32,000 nucleotides of DNA from Synechocystis sp. PCC 6803 substr. PCC-P (GCF_000284455.1 NC_017039.1:2130001-2162000), one strand, 5' to 3'. Positions 9,440 to 20,758 are shown, counted from the stretch's first letter. Made by a program: numbers and translations. The notes: generated by a model from the letters alone, not told the origin.

Positions 9440-12073
9440 CTAACCTAGTTCAGCCAACAAGGTTTGTTTCGCCGTGGCCAGGGCTTCTGGTAACTTACTG
9501 GCATCCCGTCCACCGGCCTGGGCCAGATTAGGACGACCGCCACCGCCACCGCCACAAATTTTGGCAATGGCACCAATGAATTGACCAGCTTTAAGCTGTT
9601 TGGTTTTAACCAATTGGGGACTAAAGGCCGCCACTAGACTGACTTTGCCCTCTTCTGGAATGGAAGCAAGCACCACTGCACTTTCTCCCAATTTTTGTTG
9701 TAACCGTTCCGCCGCAGTTTTGAGAGATTCCCCGTCCACAGTACCCAGATCCGCCACCAGAATTTTAAACTCACCCACAGTTTGAGCTTGGGTTAATAAC
9801 TGTTCCGATTTTTGTAGAGCTAACTCTTGCTTGAGGGCTTCCAACTGCTTTTGGCTGGCTTTTAATTCCTGTTGTAGTTGGTGGACCCGGTCTGGGATTT
9901 CCTCCGGTTTAGCTTTTAGGCGATCGCCGAGCTCTTTGACCACCGCTTCCCGCACATTGAGGTAATCCAACACCGACGGCCCTGCCACGGCTTCAATGCG
10001 CCTTACCCCGGCGGCAATGCCCGTTTCTGCGACGATTTTGAATAAACCGATTTCCGCCGTATTGGCCACATGGGTGCCGCCACACAGTTCCAAAGAAACT
10101 CCCGGAACGTCAATGACCCGCACTTCAGCCCCATATTTCTCCCCAAACATGGCGATCGCCCCTTTGGCCTTCGCATCGGCGATCGGCATTACTGCCACCT
10201 CAGTTTGATGGGCTTCGGCAATCCATTGATTGATCAAGTCCTCAATTTGTTGTAGCTCCTCCATGGTCACCGCCCGGGGAGAGTTGAAGTCGAACCGTAA
10301 ACGGTTGAAATCCACCAGGGAACCAGCTTGGGAAATGCCTTCGTCCACCACTCTTTTTAAAGCCGATTGCAGTAAATGGGTGGCGGTATGGTTGGCCTGG
10401 GCCCGACGGCGGCAAGCCCGGTCAATAGTAGCGGTAATAGTGGTGCCAATTTGCACTGTACCCCGTTCTACCCGACCAAAGTGGATAAAAATGCCCGACT
10501 CCCGCTTCACATCTTCAATGCGAATGAGCAAATTGTCGCCGTTGAGAAAACCTTTATCCCCAATTTGACCGCCGGATTCGCCGTAAAAGGGAGTTTGATC
10601 TAGTACGATTTGCACCGTTTGCCCTGCGACCGCTTGATCTACCAATTCCCCCCCAACTAATACCGCTTTGACTATTGCAGAACTTTGTAAATCGGTGTAG
10701 CCCAAAAATTCCGTCGGATGGATATGGTTAGCCAATTTATCCAGACTTTCCTGCACGGTTAAATCAATAGTTTCGTGGGCTGCTTTGGAACGTTCTTGTT
10801 GTTCCTGCATGGCTTTTTCAAACCCTTCTACGTCCACAGTAATGCCCTGTTCCTCGGCAATTTCTTGGGTCAATTCCAACGGAAAACCAAAGGTGTCATA
10901 TAAAGTAAACGCATCTGCGCCGGCAATTTCCGTCACTCCGTCGGCCATTAAATCCGCCAGTAACTTTTCTCCCCGTTCTAGGGTTTTTAAAAAAGCCGCT
11001 TCTTCCCGCTGTAACTCCTGCTCAATCAAGCTTTGCCGTTCTAAAACATTGGGATAAACTGGCTGGGCGAGTTGAACAGCAGTGGCTGCTACCTTAGTGG
11101 TAAATTCACCGTTAATGCCCAGTAAACGACCATGGCGCACCACTCGACGGATCAACCGCCGTAACACATAGCCCCGTCCTAAATTGGAAGCACTAATACC
11201 GTCAGCAATCATGTGGACAACGGAGCGGACATGATCCCCAATTACCTTCAGGGAAACTTTGGTTTTTTCATTGGCTTGGGCGTAATCAATACCTGCTATA
11301 TTCGCCGCTGTTTGAATAATGGGAAAAATTAAATCTGTTTCGTAGTTATTAGGCACTTTTTGTAAAATTTGGGCCATCCTTTCTAAGCCCATGCCAGTGT
11401 CAATATTTTTCTTCTCCAGGGGCGTTAAATTACCCGCATTATCCCGGTTGTACTGCATGAATACCAAGTTATAAAACTCGATAAAGCGGCTATCATCTTC
11501 CAAATCTAATTTTTCATCCCCTAATTCCGGGTGGAAATCGTAGTAAATTTCCGAGCAAGGGCCACAGGGACCAGTGGGGCCAGAAACCCAAAAGTTATCG
11601 TCCGCTCCCATGCGTTGAATGCGGTGGGCAGGAATACCAATTTCATCGCGCCAAATGGCAAAAGCTTCGTCATCTTCTTCAAACACACTGACCACTAACC
11701 GTTCCGCTGGCAGTTTAAATACTTGGGTCGATAATTCCCAGGCCCAGGCGATCGCCTGGGATTTGAAGTAATCCCCAAAGCTAAAGTTGCCCAACATTTC
11801 AAAGAAAGTATGGTGGCGGGCGGTGCGGCCGACGTTTTCAATGTCGTTGGTGCGGATGCATTTTTGGGAAGTGGTGGCCCGGGGAAATTCCGCCGACTTT
11901 TGTCCTAAAAAAATTGGCTTGAACGGCAACATCCCCGCAATGGTCAACAGTACGGTGGGGTCCTCCGGCACCAGGGACGCACTGGGCAAAATTTGATGCT
12001 GGCGATCGGCAAAGAAGTTTAAAAACTGTTGACGAATTTCGGGACCGCTGAGGACGGGCGGGGTAGTGGTCAT
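9440..12073 (-). CDS. alaS: Alanine--tRNA ligase
   Basis: 877 aa, with class II core motifs ([15 protein letters not shown]), the editing-domain HTATHLL and CGGTHV motifs, and a C-terminal [14 protein letters not shown] (DHHA1). Confidence 0.97.
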   Translation of the reverse strand: MTTTPPVLSGPEIRQQFLNFFADRQHQILPSASLVPEDPTVLLTIAGMLPFKPIFLGQKSAEFPRATTSQKCIRTNDIENVGRTARHHTFFEMLGNFSFGDYFKSQAIAWAWELSTQVFKLPAERLVVSVFEEDDEAFAIWRDEIGIPAHRIQRMGADDNFWVSGPTGPCGPCSEIYYDFHPELGDEKLDLEDDSRFIEFYNLVFMQYNRDNAGNLTPLEKKNIDTGMGLERMAQILQKVPNNYETDLIFPIIQTAANIAGIDYAQANEKTKVSLKVIGDHVRSVVHMIADGISASNLGRGYVLRRLIRRVVRHGRLLGINGEFTTKVAATAVQLAQPVYPNVLERQSLIEQELQREEAAFLKTLERGEKLLADLMADGVTEIAGADAFTLYDTFGFPLELTQEIAEEQGITVDVEGFEKAMQEQQERSKAAHETIDLTVQESLDKLANHIHPTEFLGYTDLQSSAIVKAVLVGGELVDQAVAGQTVQIVLDQTPFYGESGGQIGDKGFLNGDNLLIRIEDVKRESGIFIHFGRVERGTVQIGTTITATIDRACRRRAQANHTATHLLQSALKRVVDEGISQAGSLVDFNRLRFDFNSPRAVTMEELQQIEDLINQWIAEAHQTEVAVMPIADAKAKGAIAMFGEKYGAEVRVIDVPGVSLELCGGTHVANTAEIGLFKIVAETGIAAGVRRIEAVAGPSVLDYLNVREAVVKELGDRLKAKPEEIPDRVHQLQQELKASQKQLEALKQELALQKSEQLLTQAQTVGEFKILVADLGTVDGESLKTAAERLQQKLGESAVVLASIPEEGKVSLVAAFSPQLVKTKQLKAGQFIGAIAKICGGGGGGRPNLAQAGGRDASKLPEALATAKQTLLAELG

Positions 12074-12253
12074 GTCTAGTTGAAGATTTTGCAGATGAAA
12101 ATTTCGGGCACTGTGGCTATTTTCCCATTTTAGGGGTTGGTTCCTGACCCTTTCTGACCGGAGGTTAAACCGGAGTTAAAACTAAGCCATGGGGAGTCCA
12201 AAATCTGCCCACTGCGGTGACATGATGGACAAAAAACTTCGGAGTTAGTGTGC

Positions 12254-12751
12254 CTAGGGCTGTTGACAATGGACATTGATGTTGGTGATCACCTGTTGCT
12301 CCTGCTGGCCAATGGTAGCTACCTGTTTTTGGGCAAGCTGGGCCGTCAAAATATCTTTACTTTCCAGGGCTTTGACCATGGTGCGGGTGGCCTCCGCATT
12401 GCCCTGGTAAATACTGACCAATTCCCCTTGATAGTTAGCTAGCACTGGATCTTCAAGGTTGAGTCGTTCTATTTTTGTGGCGGTGGCATCGAAGGCATCG
12501 GCCATGTTCAGCACTTCTTCCGTTGAGGTGGTATCTCGATATTTTGCCCCTTCCTCTGCCATTTGTTTGGTAATTAAAATTAGCTGTCGGCATTGATCCG
12601 CTTTGCTAGCCCCGCAACTAATTAAGCCCTGATTCAATGCCAGCATTAAAATAACGCCCCAACTAAGGCCCATTAATCGGCGGGGAAGAAAGCCAGTAAA
12701 TCTTACTGATGGGGACATTGGCATAGGGACAAAGTAGAGAAAAGATGGCAA
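12254..12751 (-). CDS. Hypothetical exported protein or lipoprotein
   Basis: A hydrophobic N-terminal segment is followed by the lipobox-like LISC|GAS. The rest is helical and Gln/Glu-rich. The start is uncertain because several in-frame Met codons lie at the N-terminus. Confidence 0.55.
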   Translation of the reverse strand: MPSFLYFVPMPMSPSVRFTGFLPRRLMGLSWGVILMLALNQGLISCGASKADQCRQLILITKQMAEEGAKYRDTTSTEEVLNMADAFDATATKIERLNLEDPVLANYQGELVSIYQGNAEATRTMVKALESKDILTAQLAQKQVATIGQQEQQVITNINVHCQQP

Positions 12752-12805
12752 CGGGGAACCATCATAGCAAAATCATTCGGTTCAATTAGGGAGTTAAAAT
12801 CCTGG

Positions 12806-13639
12806 CTAGAGGGGAGATAGATGGGGAAATAAGGCGATCGCCAAAGCAGTGAGGAGCAAACAAATAATGCCAGCTAAACCGGCTAAAGGTTGATTGGCCT
12901 TGCCCACCCAAATATTGCCATCGGTGTTGGGATAGGTAATTAAACCAGTGGCATCACAGGCCGCCAGGGCAAAAACCCACCCCCCGTGGAGTCCCCAAGC
13001 TAGGGCGAGATTACCGCCATCCACCAGACGGGCCCACAGCAATACCATGCCCAATAACCACAATCCTGGCAGTTGGTAAGCTGTTAAACGCCGTTCCCAT
13101 AGCAGATGAAGGATGGCAAAAATGGTGCTGACGATGGTGGCTGCCCCCCAGACTGGTAAATCCTGTTGCAGTTGATTTTGGAAAATACCCCGAAAAATTA
13201 ACTCTTCCACCAAGGCGATCGCCAGGGCCAGTATGAGAAAAAGCGGGGAAAGTTTGACTAAATCCCACCATTTTTCCCGATGCCATTGCAGTAGACCAAT
13301 TTGGCCCTGTATTGCCAAAGTTAAGCCTAAACCGAATACCGCCACCCCCACGGCGATCGCCAGGGAAAGTAATTGGTCGGAGATGACGCTTAAACCGTAA
13401 TCCCCCAAGGATTGTTGGTCTAACCAAGTCACCGCCCAGATGGGTAGGGGGGAAACCAAGTAAAGCGATAACACCAAGGGTAATTTTTGCTCCGGGGTAA
13501 CAGCCTGCCAGGGTTGCCAAGCTAGTTTACGACCCACCACCAGGGCAACGGGATACCACAGCACTAGCCAACTAAAAAGAAAAACAATAATTTTTAACAA
13601 TCCCGGCCATGGTTGCCAAAACTCCATCAAATTTTCCAT
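12806..13639 (-). CDS. CPBP-family (CAAX/Abi-type) intramembrane glutamic endopeptidase
   Basis: Polytopic membrane protein with the diagnostic EELIFRG motif and a downstream FAILH motif. Confidence 0.8.
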   Translation of the reverse strand: MENLMEFWQPWPGLLKIIVFLFSWLVLWYPVALVVGRKLAWQPWQAVTPEQKLPLVLSLYLVSPLPIWAVTWLDQQSLGDYGLSVISDQLLSLAIAVGVAVFGLGLTLAIQGQIGLLQWHREKWWDLVKLSPLFLILALAIALVEELIFRGIFQNQLQQDLPVWGAATIVSTIFAILHLLWERRLTAYQLPGLWLLGMVLLWARLVDGGNLALAWGLHGGWVFALAACDATGLITYPNTDGNIWVGKANQPLAGLAGIICLLLTALAIALFPHLSPL

Positions 13640-13736
13640 CGGCCCATCCCACTGGCGATCGCCAATTTTCGTTTAAACAAAAGCAAAATTTGCAAGGCCC
13701 AGCTTGACAGTACGTCCGCCGTCATCCCTAATTGAT

Positions 13737-13772
13737 AAAAAAAGGGAGAAACCTTTTTGTTTCAGGTCTCCC
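13737..13772 (-). terminator. Rho-independent terminator downstream of the cyAbrB gene
   Basis: The plus strand shows AAAAAAA (13737-13743), GGGAGA (13744-13749), a loop and TCTCCC (13767-13772), with extra cc/gg pairing inside. On the minus strand this reads as a hairpin followed by a T7 run, 55 nt after the stop. Confidence 0.55.
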
Positions 13773-13826
13773 CCCCGGCGAAAAAGCACTTAGTCCCCCT
13801 TGCATAGGGAACCGCAGTCGAGAAAT

Positions 13827-14213
13827 TTATACTTCCTCTTCGTCATCGCTATCGGTAATTTGCTTCAGATGAATATGCTTGTAACCGAGCTTGATCTCGA
13901 ACTCATCACCGGACTTAAGACCCATTTCTTGGGTGTAGGTGGATCCGATAACAATCTGTCCATTTTTGTGGACACTAACACGAAATGTCGGTTCACGACC
14001 CCGACCATCTTTGGTACCAGAGGGATCGAGGGGAACCCCTTTGGCCGCTAGCACTGCGTCATAGAAGTCGGTCAAATTTACGCGTACTTGTCCTTCCTTA
14101 GAAGTAGAGTAGTAACCACAGGCTTTTGCCGTTTCTCGACGGGGCAGATGGGATAGTTCTTTAACTTTATTGAGTAATGCTTTGCCGGTTAGTGCGGTGG
14201 AGGCGTTTGGCAT
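13827..14213 (-). CDS. Cyanobacterial AbrB-like transcriptional regulator (cyAbrB clade, C-terminal SpoVT/AbrB domain)
   Basis: The C-terminal segment GQIVIGSTYTQEMGLKSGDEFEIKLGYKHIHL is an AbrB swapped-hairpin motif. The N-terminal KALLNKVKELSHLPRRETAKACGYY is typical of cyAbrB proteins. By its position near alaS I believe this is the cyAbrB1 (sll0359-type) gene. I prefer the start at MPNAS (14213); the track ORF extends to 14297 through an implausible hydrophobic leader. Confidence 0.8.
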   Translation of the reverse strand: MPNASTALTGKALLNKVKELSHLPRRETAKACGYYSTSKEGQVRVNLTDFYDAVLAAKGVPLDPSGTKDGRGREPTFRVSVHKNGQIVIGSTYTQEMGLKSGDEFEIKLGYKHIHLKQITDSDDEEEV

Positions 14214-14627
14214 AGGATTATTTTTTCCGTTGAATGATGCTTGATTGCGGGGACTTGTTTTTTTCAAAAGTCTACATAAGATAAAATATAACATCAAACC
14301 TTAGCTGAAAAACTTTTTTTTTCAACTTTTTGATTATTTAGCCGAGGAATTTTTCCCTCTGAAAAAATCAAGCCTTGACCTCTGGCGAGTTTTGTCCTAA
14401 AGATTTTTGGCCGCCATGGAGCAATGATGAGTTAGGTTTGGGCAATACAAGCTAGCTACGGGTTCACCTTTCCGAAAACCAACGAATTTTTGCCCAGATT
14501 AGCGCCAAAATTAAGCGGAGCAGTGGGTCAAAATATATTTATCTCAGGGGGAATCATTGCTTTAAATCAATTCGCTATCCTATGCATGTCATGTGTTCAT
14601 TAACATTCCCCTGTTCCCCAAGATTTT

Positions 14628-15203
14628 ATGGTTCTCACCCAGTTCGCCTCCAGCCCAGCTCCTCCCCAGTCCTTTGCTGTTGCCCCCAACCGTCAACAAT
14701 TGCGACAAATGAATTGCTACCTGGACCAGCTTTTGTTGGCCTTGGTTGCCCTGACTGATGTGGACGAGGATACTTGGACGGCAATCCTAGAAAAAATTTC
14801 GTCATCTACGACAACAGGCCAATCTTTGACTAGGAAATACCCCATTCCTGCTGTTGCCCCCGGCCAGCTAGATGTGGAGGGAATTCGACTTTTGGCCATG
14901 GCGATCGCCTATTTAGGGGCCCATTACCAAGAACTACTGCGGCGATCGGTCAGTTTAGTTGAACAGACCAAGGAACAGGGTAAAAATCCTTTACAAACCG
15001 TACTTTTAAGCGAGTACGCCCGAAAATTTACCTCAGCTTGGCAAGCCTATGGAGAGAAACAAGGGGGAGAAGCCCATATTCCCTTAGCCCCCATTACCTC
15101 TGATCGCCTGCTTTCTTTGCTGACAGAATTATTTTTCTTTAGCAGTCAAGACGGCCCCCGCCGACTCTGGGGAGTATTGGCCACCATGGTGTCCCCCGCT
15201 TAG
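14628..15203 (+). CDS. Conserved hypothetical protein (191 aa)
   Basis: Long ORF with native composition that contains a HIP1 site. No recognisable domain. Confidence 0.55.
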   Translation: MVLTQFASSPAPPQSFAVAPNRQQLRQMNCYLDQLLLALVALTDVDEDTWTAILEKISSSTTTGQSLTRKYPIPAVAPGQLDVEGIRLLAMAIAYLGAHYQELLRRSVSLVEQTKEQGKNPLQTVLLSEYARKFTSAWQAYGEKQGGEAHIPLAPITSDRLLSLLTELFFFSSQDGPRRLWGVLATMVSPA

Positions 15204-15374
15204 ATAAACCCAAAAAATGCTGGCTTTGTTGCCCTGTCAACCAAAGTTCCCAATACGTCCTTCCCAATTCTGCTCAAATCGAGTTAACTGGGCAAATATC
15301 TATGGATTACTCCTTCCCATTTCTCATCAACAATTAACCAAATGACCCTGATGGAAGGAAGATCGACCCAGTGA

Positions 15375-15860
15375 ATGACTACAATAATGGTCAACCTGGC
15401 CCATTTACTAGGTAAACCTAATTTAACCGAGGAAATAATCTCCATGGCTCAAGATTCTCCATCTTCCCTCTCCCAAGAAGCCCTAACCATTGCCCATCTC
15501 CAGGGGGTGCAGGAGCGACGGCAGGAAGAGCGGATGTTGGCCTTTTGCCAAGTGTTCGATATGGAAGGGGAATTGGTGGGGGTATCCTTCGACTTAACTC
15601 GCAACGGTATCTGTGTGAGCGTTCCCAATGATTGGCCCCAGGACACGGATTTTACCGTCAAGCTCCGGCGCATGGACAATGAAGCTTTACCCACCATCAC
15701 CATCAAGCTCACTCCCATGTGGCGTCAATCCCGCAACGAAAGTTTTGACGAAATTGGCGGCAAAATTATTGAGGTGGACTGCCCCGAAGCTTTCTCTACT
15801 TTTTTGCAATATTGTCAACAGGCTGGCCCCAGTGGTTTAGTGGAGCGTCCAACGTCCTGA
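15375..15860 (+). CDS. PilZ-domain protein (putative c-di-GMP receptor)
   Basis: RRQEER (RRxxxR) is followed 19 residues later by DLTRNG (D-x-S/T-x-x-G). This is the bipartite PilZ c-di-GMP binding signature. Confidence 0.6.
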   Translation: MTTIMVNLAHLLGKPNLTEEIISMAQDSPSSLSQEALTIAHLQGVQERRQEERMLAFCQVFDMEGELVGVSFDLTRNGICVSVPNDWPQDTDFTVKLRRMDNEALPTITIKLTPMWRQSRNESFDEIGGKIIEVDCPEAFSTFLQYCQQAGPSGLVERPTS

Positions 15861-16079
15861 CCATTATTATTCCTCCCTTCTTCCTAACCTTGGGGCAGTT
15901 GGATGGGTTACCTTATCCTTGTTTTTGGTGGGGGTTGACCCTGCCATGGTGGGATTGCATTGACATTGGAGCCAGTACCGGGGTAGGGAAACAAATTTTT
16001 GTGCCCTGGCCCCAATACCCATAATTGTCAGAGTCTGATAGGATTTAGCAAAGTATTAAAATTTGTAAAGAAAATTAAA

Positions 16080-17060
16080 ATGCGAGTTTTGGTGGTAGGC
16101 GGCACAGGAACCCTCGGCAGGCAAATTGTTCGGCAGGCGATCGACCAAGGTCACACCGTTGTTTGTCTGGTTCGTAGCCTAAGAAAGGCAGCTTTTCTTA
16201 AAGAGTGGGGCGCCACCATCGTGGGGGGAAATATTTGTAAGCCGGAAACTCTGTCCCCAGCCCTGGAAAATATTGACGCAGTGATTGACGCTTCCACCGC
16301 CAGGGCCACCGACTCCCTCACCATTCGCCAGGTGGACTGGGAAGGCAAGCTTAATTTAATTCGAGCAGTGCAGAAAGCGGGTATCAAAAAGTTTGTCTTT
16401 TTCTCCATTTTGCGGGCGGCCGAATATCCCAAAGTGCCCCTGATGGACATCAAAAATTGTACCGAGAAATTTTTAGCCCAAACGAATTTGGACTACACCA
16501 TTCTGCAACTGGCGGGTTTCATGCAGGGGTTAATTGGTCAGTACGCTATTCCCATTTTGGATAATCAATCGGTTTGGCAAACCGGCGAGAATACCCCGAT
16601 CGCCTACATGAACACCCAAGACGTGGCTAAGTTTGCAGTGCGGGCGGTGGAATTGGACAGTGTGGCCCGTAAAACCTATCCAGTGGTGGGCAGTCGGGCT
16701 TGGGGGGCAACGGAAATTATTCAACTTTGTGAAAGAATGTCTGGCAATAATGCCCGTATTTCCCAGGTGCCCATGGCGGTGCTCAGATTTATGCGGAGCT
16801 TTACTCGCTTTTTCCAGTGGACCTATAACGCCTCCGATCGCCTAGCGTTTTCGGAAGTGCTGGCCAGTGGTAAAGCTTTAACGGCGGACATGGCTCCGGT
16901 GTACGAACAATTTGGCCTTGATCCGAAGGAAACCACCACCCTAGAATCCTACCTACAGGAATACTTTGGGCGCATCATCAAGAAGCTCAAAGAACTGGAC
17001 TATGAGGTTAACCCGACCCAAACCGAAGGCAAAAAGAAGAAAAATAATTTCTTTTTCTAG
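16080..17060 (+). CDS. ycf39: Ycf39-like atypical short-chain dehydrogenase/NmrA-family protein (photosystem II assembly factor family)
   Basis: Starts MRVLVVGGTGTLGRQIV (Rossmann GxxGxxG). About 326 aa with a Lys-rich tail. I prefer the ATG at 16080 over the track start at 15999, which adds a non-conserved-looking leader. Confidence 0.8.
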   Translation: MRVLVVGGTGTLGRQIVRQAIDQGHTVVCLVRSLRKAAFLKEWGATIVGGNICKPETLSPALENIDAVIDASTARATDSLTIRQVDWEGKLNLIRAVQKAGIKKFVFFSILRAAEYPKVPLMDIKNCTEKFLAQTNLDYTILQLAGFMQGLIGQYAIPILDNQSVWQTGENTPIAYMNTQDVAKFAVRAVELDSVARKTYPVVGSRAWGATEIIQLCERMSGNNARISQVPMAVLRFMRSFTRFFQWTYNASDRLAFSEVLASGKALTADMAPVYEQFGLDPKETTTLESYLQEYFGRIIKKLKELDYEVNPTQTEGKKKKNNFFF

Positions 17061-17159
17061 TTTGACTAGTTTGATTGACAATTTGATACTTTTAGATAAT
17101 CTCGTTTTCTATTCGATTTTTCCGCTCCCTGTTCCCTGACTCCCTAGGATCTCGCCCCT

Positions 17160-18077
17160 GTGCCAAAAGTCGGCATCATTTTCAACGACGATAAGCCCAC
17201 CGCCTGTAGCGTTGCCCAAGAATTGCAGGAGCAACTGCAACAGAGTGGGTTTACAGTGGCGATGGAAACCGGATCCGGTGGCCTGTTGGGCTATTCCCAG
17301 CCCGATCGCCCCATTTGCCATACCCGCATTGAACATCTGACTCCGCCCCATTTTGATGAGTCCATGCCCTTTGCCATTGTTCTGGGGGGAGACGGCACAG
17401 TACTATCAGCTTTTCGTCAGTTGGCCCCCCTCGGCATCCCCCTGTTGACCATTAACACAGGGCACATGGGTTTTTTAACGGAAATTTACCTCAACCAACT
17501 ACCCACGGCGATCGAGCAGTTAATCAACGGTGATTACCAAATTGAAAGCCGCTCCATGATGACAGTGCGGTTAATGCGGGAGGAAAACCTTTTATGGGAA
17601 GCGCTCTCCCTGAACGAAATGGTATTGCACCGGGAACCCCTCACCAGCATGTGCCATTTTGAAATTCAGGTAGGCTACCATGCTTCTGTGGACATTGCCG
17701 CCGATGGCATTATTGTTTCCACTCCTACGGGTTCCACGGCCTATTCCCTTAGCGCTGGAGGCCCAGTGGTTACCCCCGATGTACCAGTGTTTCAGTTAGC
17801 GCCCATTTGCCCCCATTCCCTGGCTTCCCGAGCGTTAGTATTTTCCGACCTAGAACCGGTGACCATTTTTCCCGCTACTCCCAACCGCATGGTGTTGGTG
17901 GTGGATGGCAATGGCGGTTGTTATGTGTTGCCAGAAGACCGGGTGCATTTATCAAAATCTCCCTATCCTGCCAAGTTTATTCGCCTGCAAACGCCAGAGT
18001 TTTTCCGGATTCTGCGGGAGAAATTGGGCTGGGGGCTGCCCCACATTGCTAAACCAACATCGGTGGAGTTGCCATGA
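17160..18077 (+). CDS. nadK: NAD+ kinase
   Basis: Carries the GGDGTVL motif, the NTGHMGFLT motif and the [16 protein letters not shown] motif. The start is GTG. Confidence 0.9.
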   Translation: MPKVGIIFNDDKPTACSVAQELQEQLQQSGFTVAMETGSGGLLGYSQPDRPICHTRIEHLTPPHFDESMPFAIVLGGDGTVLSAFRQLAPLGIPLLTINTGHMGFLTEIYLNQLPTAIEQLINGDYQIESRSMMTVRLMREENLLWEALSLNEMVLHREPLTSMCHFEIQVGYHASVDIAADGIIVSTPTGSTAYSLSAGGPVVTPDVPVFQLAPICPHSLASRALVFSDLEPVTIFPATPNRMVLVVDGNGGCYVLPEDRVHLSKSPYPAKFIRLQTPEFFRILREKLGWGLPHIAKPTSVELP

Positions 18078-19228
18078 ATTTACCCTGCTATTCCCGCCGC
18101 CATTTTCTCCAGTCCGCCGCCGCTGTCGGCCTTGCCACGGGTCTAGGAGGCTGTTGGCCTGGCCAGGGCAGTAGCAAAGAAGTGCAGTTTTTGAACCGTT
18201 CCCTGCCGCCCCAGTTAATTAACCAATTTCAGCGGCAGTTTCCCCAAGCTAAGGAATTAAATTTCAAGGCGATCGCCAATCTGCAGAGTTTGTTCGACAA
18301 TTTACAAACCTGGCACAATGCCCAAAATGCAGATACTTCCAAGGGACTGTGGGGCAGTGGATCGAGGGCAAATCAGACCCCAAAAGCCCAGTTGGTCACC
18401 GGGGGAGATTTATGGTTGGAACGGGTAATCAAAGAAAAGCTCATTCAACCCTTTGTCCCCGACCAATTGAGCCAATGGTCTAGTCTGCCTCCACGGTGGC
18501 AATTGTTGGGGCAACGCAATGACCAAGGCTTACCGGATCAAAGCGGCAAAATTTGGGCTGTTCCCTACCGTTGGGGGCCCACCATGATTATTTATCGCCA
18601 ACAACCATTTGCTGATTTAGGTTGGCAACCGACCGATTGGTCTGACCTCTGGCGGCCAGAGTTAAAGCAACGCATTGCTCTGGTGGATGATCCCAGGGAG
18701 GCGATCGGTTTGACTCTGAAAAAGCTGGGTTATTCCTACAATGTCACCAACCCCAAAGCTGTTAATGCCCTACCTTCCGCTTTGCAAGAATTGGCGACCC
18801 AAGTGAAGTTTTACAACAGTAAATATTATCTCCAAGCTCTACTCAATAAAGATGTATGGTTAGCAGTGGGCTGGTCAAACCAAATTATTCCTCTGCTGAG
18901 AAATCAGTCAGAACTCAGGGCGGTTATTCCTAGTTCCGGTACATCCCTCTGGGCTGATCTCTGGACTATGCCCGCTGAGATGGAGGCGGCTGAAATTACC
19001 TATGAATGGTTAAATTTTTCCGCCCAGCCTTCCAGTCTAGAGCAGATGGCAACTTTCAGTAATGCCCTGGCGGTGCCCTATCAAAACCTGGAGGTTTCCG
19101 CCCTGAGCACTAACCCTTTATTGGCTTTTTCACCGGAGTTACTGGAGCGTTGTGAATTTCTCGCGCCCCTGGACATTGCCACCGTCAACCAATATAAGCA
19201 ACTCTGGCAAACCATGCGGAGTGCTTAG
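18074..19228 (+). CDS. potD: Periplasmic spermidine/putrescine-binding protein (PotD-type ABC substrate-binding protein)
   Basis: PotD/PotF-like body ([19 protein letters not shown]). The N-terminus [21 protein letters not shown] looks like a twin-arginine signal plus a lipobox Cys. The ATG overlaps the nadK stop (ATGA at 18074-18077). Confidence 0.8.
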   Translation: MNLPCYSRRHFLQSAAAVGLATGLGGCWPGQGSSKEVQFLNRSLPPQLINQFQRQFPQAKELNFKAIANLQSLFDNLQTWHNAQNADTSKGLWGSGSRANQTPKAQLVTGGDLWLERVIKEKLIQPFVPDQLSQWSSLPPRWQLLGQRNDQGLPDQSGKIWAVPYRWGPTMIIYRQQPFADLGWQPTDWSDLWRPELKQRIALVDDPREAIGLTLKKLGYSYNVTNPKAVNALPSALQELATQVKFYNSKYYLQALLNKDVWLAVGWSNQIIPLLRNQSELRAVIPSSGTSLWADLWTMPAEMEAAEITYEWLNFSAQPSSLEQMATFSNALAVPYQNLEVSALSTNPLLAFSPELLERCEFLAPLDIATVNQYKQLWQTMRSA

Positions 19229-19263
19229 ACGATGATCAATGATAGGTTAATGAATTCAAAATA

Positions 19264-19335
19264 AGCTGGTGACGGGATTTGAACCTGCGACCGACTGATT
19301 ACAAATCAGTTGCTCTACCACTGAGCTACACCAGC
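19264..19335 (-). tRNA. tRNA-Thr (anticodon UGU)
   Basis: The reverse complement reads GCTGGTG TA GCTC AGTGGTA GAGC A ACTGA TTTGTAA TCAGT CGGTC GCAGG TTCAAAT CCCGT CACCAGC T. This folds as a cloverleaf with TGT in the anticodon loop and a GTTCAAATC T-loop. One A-C mismatch lies in the T stem. No CCA is encoded. Confidence 0.9.
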
Positions 19336-19432
19336 ATCTCTGATACAGAATAGCAGAAGATTAACCCAGAGGGTCTGGCTAATTTTTGTCCCCGAAAAAC
19401 TTTTTTAACGATCCGTAAAACCTAGTAAAACC

Positions 19433-20017
19433 ATGCCTACTTTAATTGTCGCCACGGGTAACCCCGGTAAATTAGCCGAGATGCAAACTTACTTAGAGCC
19501 CCTTGGTTGTCAATTAACCCTTAAGCCAACGGAAATTGAGGTGGAGGAAACCGGCAGTACATTCTATGAAAATGCTTGCTTAAAAGCTTCCCAGGTAGCA
19601 AAGGCCGTGAATCAATGGGCGATCGCCGATGATTCTGGTTTGGCAGTGGATGCTTTGGATGGGGCACCGGGTTTATATTCCGCCCGTTATGGCAACACCG
19701 ACAGGGAAAGAATTGCCAAATTGCTCCAGGCTCTAGAAGGGGTAAGCCAAAGACAAGCTCAATTCATTTGCGTGGTGTCGATCGCCGCCCCCGATGGCAG
19801 TATTCAACTGAGTACTAAAGGCATCTGTTCAGGGGAAATTACCCATAGCCCAAGAGGCGATCAGGGTTTTGGCTATGACCCAATTTTTTGGCTCCCGGAG
19901 CACAAAAAAACCTTTGCAGAAATGACAAAGGTAGAAAAACAGAAAGTGAGCCACCGGGGAAAAGCGTTTAACAAACTCATCCACCAGTGGCCTGGGTTGA
20001 AATTTGACAGCTTTTGA
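19433..20017 (+). CDS. rdgB: Non-canonical purine NTP pyrophosphatase (RdgB/HAM1 family, dITP/XTP pyrophosphatase)
   Basis: Carries LIVATGNPGKLAEM, DDSGLAVDALDGAPGLYSARY, FGYDPIF and SHRGKA motifs. Confidence 0.9.
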   Translation: MPTLIVATGNPGKLAEMQTYLEPLGCQLTLKPTEIEVEETGSTFYENACLKASQVAKAVNQWAIADDSGLAVDALDGAPGLYSARYGNTDRERIAKLLQALEGVSQRQAQFICVVSIAAPDGSIQLSTKGICSGEITHSPRGDQGFGYDPIFWLPEHKKTFAEMTKVEKQKVSHRGKAFNKLIHQWPGLKFDSF

Positions 20018-20117
20018 TGGCAGTGACAGGAAAGTGTCTGGGGCCAAGAGAACAAAACCGAGACTTGTCTCAATCTGCCCAACATTAACGGCAACCGGAA
20101 AGCTAATCTCAAAAAGA

Positions 20118-20492
<375 letters not shown>

Positions 20493-20544
20493 TTATTTAT
20501 AAGGCTAGCCAGACACTTTTAACATGTTCTCCAAAAGTTTTTTT

Positions 20545-20558
20545 GTAAAAATCAGTAC
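20545..20558 (-). promoter_or_regulatory. Candidate NtcA binding site (GTA-N8-TAC) of the glnB promoter
   Basis: GTAaaaatcagTAC is a perfect match to the NtcA consensus. Its centre is about 95 nt upstream of the glnB ATG. On the glnB strand, a TAAAAG -10-like hexamer (complement of 20516-21) sits 23 nt downstream of the box edge, close to the usual class II NtcA spacing. Confidence 0.5.
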
Positions 20559-20758
20559 CGTTTGGCAGCGCCCATGGCCGGAGATGAGGCATTTTAGTGA
20601 CAATTGCAAGTACAAAATCCCTGCTCTTTCGTCCGAAGAATCCGTTACCCTAGAGGAGTGAACGGCACTATGTTTAACTGACAGGCTTGAATCTACCCTG
20701 GATTTGGTGAACCCTTGACCAGGGAGTCCTAGCCGGAATATCGAAAAACTTTTCCTCT

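Noticed and set aside
13011-13520. A 169-aa alternative-frame ORF inside the CPBP protease gene.
   Set aside because: It is on the same strand but out of frame with a gene that carries diagnostic motifs. Its translation is Gly/Arg/Pro-rich noise.
15999-16079. The upstream extension of ycf39 to 15999 (and, similarly, of cyAbrB to 14297 and of the ABA4-like gene to 24827).
   Set aside because: The extensions add non-conserved-looking leaders ahead of the canonical family N-termini (MRVLVVGGTG, MPNAS..., MATELLF...), so the internal ATGs are more plausible starts.
20059-20072. A short palindrome, CGAGACTTGTCTCA, between rdgB and glnB as a bidirectional terminator.
   Set aside because: It has only 4-5 bp of stem with a tiny loop. 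The T-run on the glnB strand is interrupted (GGTTTTGTTC). This is too weak to list as a feature.
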